The notes beneath the pieces were generated by a model. The model did not search any database. It had not been told where the DNA came from and worked only from the letters and a program-made list of their open reading frames with translations. This document shows, in pieces, positions 1 to 12,970 of a stretch of DNA of 64,000 bases. The position numbers and the translations under genes were made by a program. The DNA lies in assembly GCA_964016885.1 (NCBI GenBank), contig OZ024741.1:33542001-33606000 (forward strand), written 5' to 3'. Every line of letters starts with the position of its first letter. Within the stretch, counting starts at the first letter, position 1. The stretch comes from Eledone cirrhosa (lineage: Eukaryota).

Positions 1-211
1 CATTGTGTACAGTTGGATACATGGCAACTGTCAGCGAATCGCTTCGAATATACCTGTAATTAGCACCTATTGTATCAGCTTTATGGGTGTTGGGTGTTAC
101 GTTAAGGGTAGAAATACCCGTAGAACACTTAAACATTTACACCTTAATCCGTGAGTTAGACTTTCGGTTGATCCAACACCTGGGTGTTCATAGTCAATAT
201 CGCTGGAGGAA

Positions 212-560
212 CCACCACCACCACCATCATCAACATCAGCACCATCATCATCATTATCATCATCGCCACCCTCATTATCATCCTCATCATTATCATCAGC
301 AACAACAGCGGCATCATAATTGCCACCACCACCACCACCACCATCATCACCACCACCACCACCATTATCATCATCACCATCATCATCATATTCATCTTCA
401 TCATTCATCATTATTATCATCAGCAGCAGCAGCATTATCATAATCACCACCACCGTCATCATCATCATCACCACCATCGTCGTCATCGTCGTCATCACTA
501 CCATTATTCTCGTCATCATCACTCTCATCACTATCTTCAGTATCATCAGAGTATTATAAC
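212..560. repeat. (CAT/CAC)n imperfect trinucleotide low-complexity tract
   Basis: Direct; explains the His/Thr/Ile-rich ORFs at 87-567. Confidence 0.9.
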
Positions 561-569
561 TAAATGAAA

Positions 570-770
570 GGGTGATGGATTAGTAGTATCGTCAGCATGT
601 CTTGTGGTATAGAGCTACACTCCTTTACGTTCAGAGTTCAAATTCCGCTGAGATTAGCTTTACTTTTCATCCTTACGGGGTCGATAAAATAAAGCACCAG
701 TAATGCACTGGGGTCGATTTAATCGACTTTGCCCTTCCCCTAAATTGTTGACCTTGTGCCATTATAAGCC
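570..770 (+). mobile_element. tRNA-derived SINE, family A
   Basis: B-box GAGTTCAAATTC; body CTTTTCATCCTTACGGGGTCGATAAAATAAAGCACCAG shared with about 20 copies in the window. Confidence 0.85.
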
Positions 771-940
771 AGTAAATAACAGCTTACACAGTGGTTTGAT
801 TTAGGTGGAATAACTCCTAACATATATTTGTATTAGTTATTTATTTTTTTAATATATATGTATATATGTTTGTATGTATATACGTACGTATGTATATGTT
901 CTGTATATATATGTATGTATGTATGTATGTATTTATGTAT

Positions 941-1432
941 GACGCTAACATCTCTGCTGAAGACGCTAACATCTCTGCTGATACATGGGAAAATGTAGCT
1001 GCTGATCGTAATAAATGGAGAAAGACTGTACATGAGGGGAAAGTTGCCTTTGAGGCATCTCGAATCGCACACGAGAAAGTAAAGCGGGATGTGAGGAAGA
1101 GCATTGCTGTTGCATTTCCAGACGGCGAAGGTCCTCCTATGGCGCTGACATGTAGCATCTGTGCGAGACTCTGCCTCAGCAAATCTGGACTCGTAAGTCA
1201 TCTTCGCAGTCATAAAGTAAGACCAGTGGTTGACTACCAGGCTGCTGTTGGGGATGCTACTCATCATACCTGCCAAGCATGTGGTAGGGAATGTAAATCA
1301 GCAGGAGGGCTCAAACGACATGCAAAAGTACGTGAACTCCAACCACAGCCGGCTACTCCCAGTGAATGTTTTGGTTGCCAGTTCTGTGCAAGACATTTTA
1401 GATCATTGGCTGGGCTAAAAAGCCACATTTGA
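941..1432 (+). mobile_element. RTE-clade LINE 3' fragment with three tandem C2H2-type zinc fingers
   Basis: DTWENVAADRNKWRKTV (RTE C-terminal motif), then CSIC..HLRSH, CQAC..HAKVR, CQFC..HI*. 5'-truncated with a 21-bp tandem duplication at 941-982. Probable 3' UTR piece at 1690-1730. Confidence 0.7.
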
Positions 1433-1481
1433 TCGCAGCACCGTTAATTGTTATTGTGTGTGTGTGTGTGTGTGTGTGTGC

Positions 1482-1528
<47 letters not shown>

Positions 1529-2378
1529 CGCGCGCGTGCGTGTGTGTATAGATATCTGTGTGTGTGTGTGTGCGCGTGCGTGTGTGTATAGATATCTGTG
1601 TGTGTGTGTGTGTGTGTGTATAGATATATGTGTGTGTATTTTATTATTATTATAATTATTATTGTTATTGTCGTTATTATGTGTTTTTTTTGTGCAATGG
1701 CCATACTCGATAACGAGGGGACAGCCATCATATATGTATGTATGTATGTATATATATGTACTTATATACGTATGTGTACGGACGAACGTATGTATGTATA
1801 TAAGTATTATGTCTGTATGTAGATATGTAGGTACATATGTATCTATGTACCGATATACGTATGTATGTATGTATGTGGGTGTGTATGTATGTATGTATGT
1901 TTGTGGGTGTGTATGTATGTACGTACATACGTAAATATGTATATACGTGCGTGTGTATGTATATGTGCATGTTTGTATGTAGGTGTCTATGTATGTATGT
2001 ACATAGGTAAATATGTATATACGTACGTACGTGTGTATGTTTATACGTAAGTATGTATCTACGTATGTACATATCTCTGTGATAATACCGTCCCACACGA
2101 ATTCATCAGAGTGCATCTCAGCCCCTCTTAATGGTCGTATAACACTCAAAGATACCGAACAAATAATTGTAGGTAATTAGAAATGATTCAGAGTTGTGGC
2201 ATTAGAGTCTCTAATGAGAAATAAAACGGAAAGTAAATTTCGAAGGCCACATTAAATATAATATCATTAATACTAGCTAACAGCTTTGTAATCCTCACAC
2301 GGGATAAACTTTACTTCTGCTACTTCTCTTCCTCTACCGGCCCTAATGAGTGGACTTGTGCCCTCTATTATACACACA

Positions 2379-2477
<99 letters not shown>

Positions 2478-2532
2478 GTGAGGTTTTTTTTACAAAATGA
2501 AAAATAACCGAGGTGTCCTACACGAGTGGAAG

Positions 2533-2823
2533 TATAAAGAAAAAGGGATGAAATCGAAAATGCAACTGAAGTCTTATTTTTTTTTTAAATATATATATTT
2601 ATTTGGTTCCTTTACCGGTTTCGCAGTTCTTCTGCTTTTCAAAAGGTGAGTTGAGATGGAGGGTCTGTGGTTTTTCTCAGATGTGAGAAAAACCACAGAC
2701 CCTCCATCTCAACTCACCTTTTGAAAAGCAGAAGAACTGCGAAACCGGTAAAGCAACCAAATAAATATATATATTTTAAAAAAAAATAAGACTTCAGTTG
2801 CATTTTCGATTTCATCCCTTTTT

Positions 2824-2830
<7 letters not shown>
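2533..2830. repeat. Fold-back palindrome, 147-bp arms, 4-nt loop, in (TA)n; one hammerhead-like motif per arm
   Basis: 2533-2679 is the reverse complement of 2684-2830 with about 2 mismatches; loop GATG. Confidence 0.95.
2717..2754 (+). ncRNA. Minimal type I hammerhead-like motif, variant core UUGAAAA (mirror copy 2609-2646, minus strand)
   Basis: cctt-TTGAAAA-gcag aagaa ctgc-GAAA-ccgg-TA-aag(c/g): stem I, stem II and a palindromic ACCGGT stem III. Confidence 0.6.
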
Positions 2831-2880
<50 letters not shown>

Positions 2881-3040
2881 AGTGGACTTATGCCCTCTAT
2901 TATATATACATACACACACACATATATTTATATACTGTATATATATATATATATGAGTGGGCTTATGCCATCTATTATATATATGTGTGTGTGTTTATAT
3001 ATATATATACACACACACACACATATATATATATATACAT

Positions 3041-3103
<63 letters not shown>

Positions 3104-3156
3104 TATATATATACAGATATATATATATATATATACACACACACATATATATATAC

Positions 3157-3199
<43 letters not shown>

Positions 3200-3780
3200 C
3201 ACACATACATATATATAATAGGGGGCATAAGTTCACTCCTATATATGTGTGTGTATGTATAAATAATTAATGTTTTCGCTGCGGCATAGCTGTATACATA
3301 TAAGTATGTGTATTTTGTTTATCTAATGATATACGGTATGCTTACGAATAAACATTTGTAAGCCTTTAGCTACGAATTTTGGAAGCCGATGGCCAGCGCC
3401 ATCTAACGAGTTCTAGTCGAAGCAGGAGAGGGTAACTGCCGACGAACGTTTCTGGCTGGTTGCTGCTATAAAGATAGTAATCCCCCTACCCTGCTCTCTG
3501 CTGGAATTCATATATACATACGTACGTATACACATACGTTCATACATAGATACATACGTATGACCGTTCATATATACATATATACGTACACACAATTATG
3601 TACATATGCTGATTAGCCTCACTGGCACACACACACACACACACATACACCCCCCCCCCCACACACACACACACACATACATACATTTATATATAATTTG
3701 AGGTAAGCGGAGCAAGCAAGATTTAAACAATTTTTTAAAATAAATTAAAAAATATAATTTAAATATTTACTTATTCCAAT

Positions 3781-3863
3781 TGCTTTTACCGGCGGTTTCA
3801 CTTCACAAAAGATTGGAGATTCCTAGGGACTTCCAATGGAATAGTTTAGATCTTCAGAACGCA
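3781..3863 (-). ncRNA. Type I hammerhead-like motif with about 50-nt extended stem II
   Basis: Minus strand: tgcgtt-CTGAAGA-[51 nt with inner hairpin]-GAAA-ccgccgg-TA-aaagca; homologous to 15403-15481. Confidence 0.6.
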
Positions 3864-4182
3864 TTTTCCTCTCCTAGGACAAAAAGTCCCAGGACCAGCA
3901 AAATATATTGCCATCTGCCAGCTAGCACAGGATCGAATGGGGCCGAAAATTTGACCTATGCATGAACCAGTCCGTAGTAGAGCGGAAGTAAACATAGACG
4001 CATTGTCTACCTCGCCACTAAAAATAGCAGCTAAATAGAACAAAAGATTTGTTCTCTACATAACGGAGAATATTAAAAGAAGTTAATATCCCCACAGGTA
4101 CTAAGTACCCCTGGAAATATATAGGGTGTCTATGATACAGTGGTTGTTTAATTATAACGAGTCAGGCAATTAGATTTCGCCT

Positions 4183-4245
<63 letters not shown>

Positions 4246-4529
4246 CAGTCGGTAACCCAAGATGATATTTCAAATCATTTATTAACGTCTACGCGCTAAT
4301 TTCACGGGATTCATAATAAACGTGTATATGAAGCCATATACGATATGTCTATGTATGATAAAGGTATATAAATCTCTATATGGGCGCCTTTTAGCTCGGA
4401 TAACGCCTGACAGTTGTTTGAAACGCAAAACGTATATAGGTTATAGTTTATTCTTATCTCAGGTCCGAATGAATAAACGTCACTGCTGATGGATATTCGG
4501 TATTCGTGCCAACCCTTACCTAATATCAC

Positions 4530-4945
4530 GAATCTTGGGTAAAGACCGAAAGAATACGAGCGCGAATAGAAGAGGCCGACACGGGGTTCCTGCGAAGGGT
4601 CTTTGGAGTAACGTTACTTTGATAGAGTGCGTAGCTCAGAGATGAGAGAGTCACTCCAGGAAGAGCTGCTACTTCTCTGAAGAGATCACAACTCCGATAC
4701 TATGGGAATGTGGTTAGAATGTCTCAGGAAAGAATCGCTGGACAGATTTTACGGGCAAAACCAACTGGCTGGACACCCAGAGGTAGATCCCGAGCAAGAT
4801 GGTTGGATAACATCTATGAGCTTGGGTGGCCTCGTTTGAGGGCCCAGTCGGGTCTGTTGGAGACGGTTCCTTCTGACAGGACCCGCTGGAAGGAGTGTTT
4901 GCGGAATCTAACACCCCCCCCCCCTCCCCCGACCTTTTCTTGAAT
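4530..4945 (+). mobile_element. RTE-clade LINE 3' fragment (degenerate)
   Basis: DRVRSSEMRESL..RSQLRYYGNVVRMSQERIAGQILRAKPTGWTPRGRSRARWLDNI..DRTRW motifs with stops and frameshifts. Confidence 0.75.
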
Positions 4946-4975
4946 AAGTGAGCAAAAAAGACGAAGAAGAAGGAT

Positions 4976-5007
<32 letters not shown>

Positions 5008-5382
5008 TTGGTGTTGGTGGTGTCTGGCGTTCTCACACGGCAACAGAGTTATATCTAACACGCTATGTTAGTGCTTCTGCTCATATAAATATAAGTATAT
5101 ATATTCTCTAATCTATGACAAAAATATACTTTTATTCCATAAAAGCTCATCTTCTTCACAATTTCGAAGACGTCAGACATGGAAGAAGTTACAGTTTTAA
5201 TAGGATCTATAGAAATTTCTATTATGATTTGCCAGTATTGATTATTGAATAGAAAATACTTATTAATCTACAGAATAAACACAACATCGGACTCCACTGA
5301 AATATGGTAATCAATAGTAGGAATATATGTAAACATATATATAGGTAGGTAGGTACGTAGGTAGGTAGATAGGTAGATAGAG

Positions 5383-5461
<79 letters not shown>

Positions 5462-5463
<2 letters not shown>

Positions 5464-6698
5464 TGTTTCTTTTATTTGCCACCAGGGCATCAAAAGTGGG
5501 ACAAGTACAATGGGGGAGTTTACAAAACAAGGTGTCCTCAATAAGGAGGAGGCAATAACAATATATAAAAATAAAATAAAATATAACAAAAAATAAAATT
5601 TATAACAAAGTCCTCAATAGAGAGGAGGCGCCTTGGGGGGTCGCACACACCCCCGAAAAAAGTGTGCAACCCTTTTCCTCAGGAGCACAGAGAAAGGGTG
5701 CTCCCTTGGTCTTTCATCTTCCTCACCTATAGTCTGATGTAGAGTGAAGGCCCATTCACACGGGCCATTCTCGCCACTTTCACCCATCTTTCATAAAAAC
5801 GGCTGGGGTGCAGCACCTCTCTCCATCCTGATCCTTCTTCTGAAATGATATCGGAAGAAACGGACCAGTTGTTGGCCAGAGAGAAAGGTGTCTGACCTCA
5901 GTCCTTTCAGACGCGTCCACCATACCAGCTCTTTCGCCATGGCTATTACGCACAGAAACACCGCCTCTTCTTCGTGTTTGAAGAGAGGAGGCGGCTTGAT
6001 CGTTACAATAGACTCGGTGGTCAACCGGATCGGTCCCACCCTTGACAGCAGTTGTTCGACATAGCCCCACAGATTGGCAATTCCAGAGCAGTGTACCAAT
6101 GCATGTGCAACGGTTTCCTCGTCGCACACGCATCTAGGACAGATCTTTTTCGAGGGGTCCCTACCCGGGCACCCGTGTCTGTAGAGCCTTTCTCGAATGG
6201 GCAGAGCCCTTCTGTAGCATTGCCAGGCCAGGGACCTCTGGAAGTTATCCATGGGTCCCGGGCTGAATGTCCTACCGAACAGGTTGGCCAGTTCGTCTTC
6301 CTCCATGCATAGGGCTTCTCCGAGGGCGTCGTCGCACCTGCTAACCACCAGCCCTCTATAGAATGACGAGGTGGATTCTCCACAGGGTCCGCCTGCCAGA
6401 GAGCCGTGAGCGCCTGGGCACACTCGGTGTGCCAGGCGCCCAGTTTTCTCGGTCTTTGCTTGACCCAGGATTGCAGCTCGGTGAGTGAGACGAGTCTGGA
6501 ATAGGCTCGCCTCACAAACGGGGCCCACACCGGTTGACCGGTGAGGAATACCTGGAGGTGCCGTAGCCTTAATGCGTGTTTACGTATCATTAGCCATGGC
6601 AACCCCAGCCCTCCTTTCGAAGGGTGTTGACAGCAGATGGATCTCCTCACCATAGGAGCCCGCTTCTTCCAAAGGAATTGGAAGAGTGCGCGCTCCAT
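5462..6698 (-). mobile_element. L1/Tx1-clade LINE, 5'-truncated (ORF2 C-terminus with zf-RVT-like CCHC, plus 3' UTR), flanked by (GATA)n
   Basis: LFQFLWKK..ICCQHPSKGGLGLP; FQRSLAWQCYRRALPIRERL..CPRC..EETVAHALVHC. AATAAA then (TATC)n at the 3' end; frameshifted. Confidence 0.85.
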
Positions 6699-6802
6699 AG
6701 ATGGCTAGATAGATAAACATATGCATATTCATGTATATGTGAACGGATATATGAATGTACAAATACATATACATGCAAATGTGTGTGCGTGTGATAGCCC
6801 AC

Positions 6803-6851
<49 letters not shown>

Positions 6852-6864
6852 TATCTATATATAT

Positions 6865-7258
6865 TTCGTTTCTGAATTTGTTTAGCAAGATTCTTTATCT
6901 GAAATCGTGTGTTGAAACCGATATTGTTATACTTTGGGAGGGTCATGTTGCCAATAAGAAACACACGCACCAGTTGCTTTCACTTCAATTTATTATATAT
7001 TTATAAATTTATAAATTTACAAATTTACAAACTTATAAATTTCCGGTCACAGAAGAGGTCACTCAGAGTGTGTGACGAAAGGACTATGACTATATATAAA
7101 CAACTATCTGGTTGTGAAACCAACCAACCAACCGGAAATTTATAAGTTTGTAAATTTGTAAATTTATCAATTTATAAATATATAATAAATTGAAGTGAAA
7201 GCAACTGGTGCGTGTGTTTCTTATTGGCAACATGACCCTCCCAAAGTATAACAATATC
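6865..7258. mobile_element. Fold-back element in (TA)n: 128-bp arms (6920-7047 / 7131-7258) with a degenerate hammerhead in the loop
   Basis: Arms are near-perfect reverse complements. Loop 7045-7091 reads ggtca-CAGAAGA-ggtcac..gtgac-GAAA-ggac-TA-tgact. Same family as 51572-51791. Confidence 0.85.
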
Positions 7259-7317
7259 TATATATACTTATATATATATAAATATATCTATATATACATA
7301 TATATATACACACACAT

Positions 7318-7386
<69 letters not shown>

Positions 7387-7624
7387 TACGCATTAAATTT
7401 GATGTTAAATAATGCCTCGTTTAAAAAATTAATATTCATTATATTTAGCGTTATTAAAGAAATCTGACTGCAGACAAATTTAGATAATATGGAAAATCAA
7501 CTATGTAAACTAAATCGAAATTTTGTAAATATTAACCTTATGAAACTTATGAATAATGCACTCTAAATACTTTGATCTATAATTCCCGCGTGGTTTTTGT
7601 TTGCAATATGCATATATTTCGTAC

Positions 7625-7657
<33 letters not shown>

Positions 7658-7693
7658 AACATACACACACGTATATATGTATATGTATACATA

Positions 7694-7756
<63 letters not shown>

Positions 7757-7789
7757 ATACACACACGTATATATGTATATGTATACATA

Positions 7790-7850
<61 letters not shown>

Positions 7851-7987
7851 ACACACACACGTATATATGTATACATATGTGTGTGTGTGTGTGTGTATAT
7901 ATACGTATATGTATGGATGGATCTTTATATTCATATATATAGTATTCGTATATAATATATAATGCACATACACAGACACACACTATC

Positions 7988-8067
<80 letters not shown>

Positions 8068-8229
8068 CGTTTGAATTTACAAATTAGACAGCACGCAGTC
8101 ATAAATTCGAGTTACTTTGCCATCTTGTTATTGCGTGGTTCGTAGTTTACACGGAATAAACTGAGTATTATGAGGGTCGGCAGAAAAGTTCATAGGCTAT
8201 ATTTCTATCATTTCTATCATTACATTGTA

Positions 8230-8475
8230 TTGGCAGAATCAGTAGAAAGACAGACATCCTGCTTCACGATATAGAGTTACGGCCCTTTGCGTAAGACACC
8301 ATGCTTTGCAACATAGATTTACAGCCCCTACGGCCTGAGTTCAAATCCTGCTGAGGTTAGCTTTACCTTTCATCCTCACGCAGTCATTAAAATAAAGTAC
8401 CAGCAATGCAATGGTATCGATTTAATCAACTCTCCTTCAAATTGCTGACCTTGTGCCTATAGTAGAAACTATTAT
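8230..8475 (+). mobile_element. SINE family A
   Basis: TGGCAGAATCAG A-box-like, GAGTTCAAATCC B-box, conserved body. Confidence 0.8.
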
Positions 8476-8699
8476 ATATACGATACATTATAAATGTTCA
8501 TAGCTGACGACTATATGATACTAAGAACATAATAACCAGAGATGTTTAGATGTAAGATTACGGGTATAAAAGATGAACCGATAATACACCAAAGCCGTCA
8601 ATGTCAGATGATCAAAAGCTACATTAATATATCAGTTGTCCATCAAATCAGATCTTAAATGTATTAAAGCAACCAAATAAATATCGGTTACGTATCACT

Positions 8700-9122
8700 T
8701 CTTCATATGCTGACCAAGATACTCTCATGGAATGACCAAATGAGGTTTATTTTTCAACATAGTCCCTGAAAAGAAGCAATGCAGTTATTAAGAAGAGTTT
8801 AAATCAATGCATGCAAGATTTCACAGCTCTAGCATCACTCCTTCATAGGTTGACCAAGATACTCTCATGGAATGACCAAATGAAGTACATTTTTCAATAT
8901 AGTCTCTGGAAAGAAACAAGGAAGTTATTAATAAGAAGAGTTGAAATTAATAGATGCAAGATTTCACAGCTTTAGCATCACTCCTTCGTAGGATGACCAA
9001 GATACTCTCATGGAATGACCAAATGAGGTTTATTTTTCAACATAGTCCCTGGAAAGAAACAATGCAAGTATTAATAAGATTTTTAATTAATGCATACAAG
9101 ATTTCACAGCACTAGCATCACA
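8700..9122 (+). repeat. About 142-bp tandem repeat x3 containing a mariner-like terminal segment
   Basis: TGACCAAGATACTCTCATGGAATGACCAAATGAGGTTTATTTTTCAACATAGTCCC recurs at about 8711, 8852 and 8994. A mariner-like TIR start GAGGGTCGGCAGAAAAGTTCATAGGCT lies at 8172. Confidence 0.8.
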
Positions 9123-9443
9123 CCTGCAATAGATTAGCCGGAGAGAAGATAAGACTCCGTCAGGCTTAAAATACCCTAGAAACGCCATATGTCAATATGG
9201 CGCCTCTACGACTCCATCGAGAGTGTATGTACCTTACCATATATACATATATTTCTACATACAAGAAGGTAGTACAGCATAAGCGAAGCTCTGGTTGCGG
9301 GCAAGCTAACGAATGCCGTCGGAAAGTGCAGCTAAAGCACTCAATAAGGAATTTTACCTTAGAGTAGTTATAACATTACGTTTAGACAGCTATGCAAATT
9401 GAAGACAGCGACCTGTAAGCGAGCCCCTAGGACCAGAATAACG

Positions 9444-10331
9444 ACATATGTAGATATACATATAACACATATGTAGATATACATATAACACATATGTAGA
9501 TATACATATAACACATATGTAGATATACATATAACACATATGTAGATATACATATAACACATATGTAGATATACATATAACACATATGTAGATATACATA
9601 TAACACATATGTAGATATACATATAACACATATGTAGATATACATATAACACATATGTAGATATACATATAACACATATGTAGATATACATATAACACAT
9701 ATGTAGATATACATATAACACATATGTAGATATACATATAACACATATGTAGATATACATATAACACATATGTAGATATACATATAACACATATGTAGAT
9801 ATACATATAACACATATGTAGATATACATATAACACATATGTAGATATACATATAACACATATGTAGATATACATATAACACATATGTAGATATACATAT
9901 AACACATATGTAGATATACATATAACACATATGTAGATATACATATAACACATATGTAGATATACATATAACACATATGTAGATATACATATAACACATA
10001 TGTAGATATACATATAACACATATGTAGATATACATATAACACATATGTAGATATACATATAACACATATGTAGATATACATATAACACATATGTAGATA
10101 TACATATAACACATATGTAGATATACATATAACACATATCTAGATATACATATAACACATATGTAGATATACATATAACACATATGTAGATATACATATA
10201 ACACATATGTAGATATACATATAACACATATGTAGATATACATATAACACATATGTAGATATACATATAACACATATGTAGATATACATATAACACATAT
10301 GTAGATATACATATAACACATATGTAGATAT
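9444..10331. repeat. 23-bp minisatellite (CATATGTAGATATACATATAACA) x about 38
   Basis: Direct; near-perfect array with one G>C variant at 10140. Confidence 0.97.
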
Positions 10332-10801
10332 AAAATGAAACATCTTATTTTTATTTGGTTAAACATACAGAAAAAATAACACATCTCTGACCTAGGTATA
10401 GTGTCTGTCATACTCTCCCCTCCCCCTTTACTTAGGTATAGTGTCTATCATCCTCTTCCCTCCCCCATTCTTTCTACCTTTGTCTAGTCGTCCTTGCTCT
10501 TCCCCTCCTTTTCCTTTCATTTATGCCATTTAGAGTCCTTTCCAATACTGCTTTATTTTTCTGTATGTTTAACCAAATAAAAATAAAATGTATATATAAA
10601 ATATGTTAACGTCTTTAACAAATTATTGTTTCATTCATTTGGAATTAGTCGGAAACTAAAATCATTTCATATTTGTAAGACGCAGTTTTATTATCTCAGC
10701 TGATTTCAAACATTTCAACCATATTTGAATAAATATTACTGCATGCGTACACAAGGGCCTCTAATGTGTACACAATTGGACATACACCTACTCTTACCAC
10801 A

Positions 10802-11213
10802 TACTCTCGGGTCTCTAATAAGCCCCCACCCCGCTTATTAATTTTTCACTTCCCGCTTTTATTCCAACCCCACACCCCCACCCCTTATTAAATTTTACTA
10901 ATCTATCTCTGGTGAAATTTTATTTTAAGTGATAGCATTCTTGCAACAATTAATTTTCTTTAGACATTAAAAAATATTATAGGTGACAAAAAAGTACATT
11001 ACAAGAAATCCCATAGGTTATAAAATAAATAGGATGGTTTGGGCTCTCAATATGTAAACTAAACGACTAATTCTGGTTTTTAAAATAATCAATGGAGACA
11101 ACCTAGAAGTATTACCCCCTCACCTCACCGCTTATTCCAACACTCCCGTCTGCTCATTCCATCACACCCCTGCTTATTCCATCACACCCTCTATTATTTG
11201 GGACCCGAGAGTA
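10802..11213. mobile_element. Tc1/mariner-pogo-like MITE
   Basis: Termini TACTCTCGGGTC / GACCCGAGAGTA including a TA target site; related copies at 12246-12970 and 26803-27030. Confidence 0.75.
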
Positions 11214-11539
11214 TGCTGTGAGTGTGTGAGTATATATGTGTGGAGTCTGTGTCTGTGTACATGTGTGTATGTGTGCGTACGTGAGTGTGGGCACGTGTAA
11301 CATAGATAGAATCGGTTGAGTGTTGGTATTTAGTGTTGGTGTTTAGATGTTTGGTGTTTGTCAGAGATCGTGTGTGTGGTCTGTTTGCATGAATTGCTAT
11401 CTTGGAGTGACATGAAAGTAAAGAATATTAGATGGAAACACACAGAGAAAGATGAAAGCCAATGTAGGAATAAGAAAGATAAATAGTCTTTCGCATGTTT
11501 TTCATCTCGAAAAAAAAAATGTGGAGATATATGTAGATA

Positions 11540-11574
<35 letters not shown>

Positions 11575-11701
11575 GTGTGATTGTGTGTGTGTGTGTGTGT
11601 ATACATATTTATATATATACATATAAGCACATATACATTTATGGATATAATATACATATATACATATTTATATATATACACACACACATATTTATATATA
11701 T

Positions 11702-11808
<107 letters not shown>

Positions 11809-12245
11809 TATATACATATATATATATAAACATATGTGTGTGTGTAAACCTACATATATACATCTACGTAAATATGTTTTTAGGTGTATATGTATGAATG
11901 TATGTATATGCGTATGTATGTATAAATATATATATGTGTATACGTATGTATATGTATGCATGTATGTATATGTGTGTGTGTATGCATGTGTGAATGTATA
12001 GATGTATGAAAACAGAAATCTGGATTATATGATTCAGGGATAGAAGGGAATAAGGCAACCCTTAATCTATCCCCTGTCCCCGTCCCCCCTGACCCCTCAT
12101 TCATCAGACCCCCTCGGAAGATCACACAGGATCTTTCATCAACAACCGGCAATGGTTTTGTAACCTAACGGAGATTACATACTATCCACGTGTTACCTGC
12201 GATTGCTCTTCGGGCCTATATGTTTACAATAACTGACACGATGAT

Positions 12246-12970
12246 GTACTCTAGAGTACCAAATACTAGGAGGTTGGAGCGGATAATCGGAGGTATTGGA
12301 ATAAACAGAGGAGTTGGAATCAGCGGAAAAGTCGGGGGTGGAAAATCGGACATTTCTTATAGATTGTCTCCGCTGATTGTTATAAAAACCAGAATTAGTT
12401 GTTTACTTTCGGGTCCCAAATAATTGTTTCTACTTTTGGCACAAGGCCAACAATTATCCAGTGTATTACTGGTACTTTATTTTAATGACCCCGTAAGGAT
12501 GAAAGGCAAACTTAACCTCGGCGGATTTGAACTCAGACCATAAAGGACCGTAATTCTTTGCTGCAAAGCATGGCGTCCAACCCTCTACTGCTACTGCCAA
12601 TCCACCGGGTCCCAAATAATAGGGGAAGGAGTAAAACAAGTGGGGAGGGGGAGGATAATCAGTAGTTGTATCCGTTATTTTTAAAAAAACCAGAATTGGT
12701 CATTTAGTTTACATAAAGAGACTCTAACAAATCCTATTTATTTTATAACATATAGGATTTCTAGTAATGTACATTTTTTGTCATGTATTATGTATTTTAA
12801 TGTTTAAATAAAATTGATTGTCGCAGGAATGTTACCACGAAATAAAATTTCGCCGGAGATAGATTAGCAAAATTTAATAATGGAGGGCGGATAAGAACGG
12901 AGTTGGCTCCGAAAAAATATGGAAAATAATTAGCTGGGCGAGGCGTCGATTATTCGAGAGCCTAGAGTAT
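12246..12970. mobile_element. MITE of the same family with a nested SINE
   Basis: TACTCTAGAG..CCTAGAGTA termini; internal sequence is the reverse complement of 10870-11110. Confidence 0.7.
12421..12606 (-). mobile_element. SINE family A with 14-bp target-site duplication
   Basis: GGGTCCCAAATAAT at 12411-12424 and 12607-12620 flanks a full SINE. Confidence 0.9.

Noticed and set aside
9368-10411. 347-aa and overlapping ORFs
   Set aside because: Translation of the 23-bp minisatellite; the same applies to the many YI/CV/TH ORFs from dinucleotide runs.
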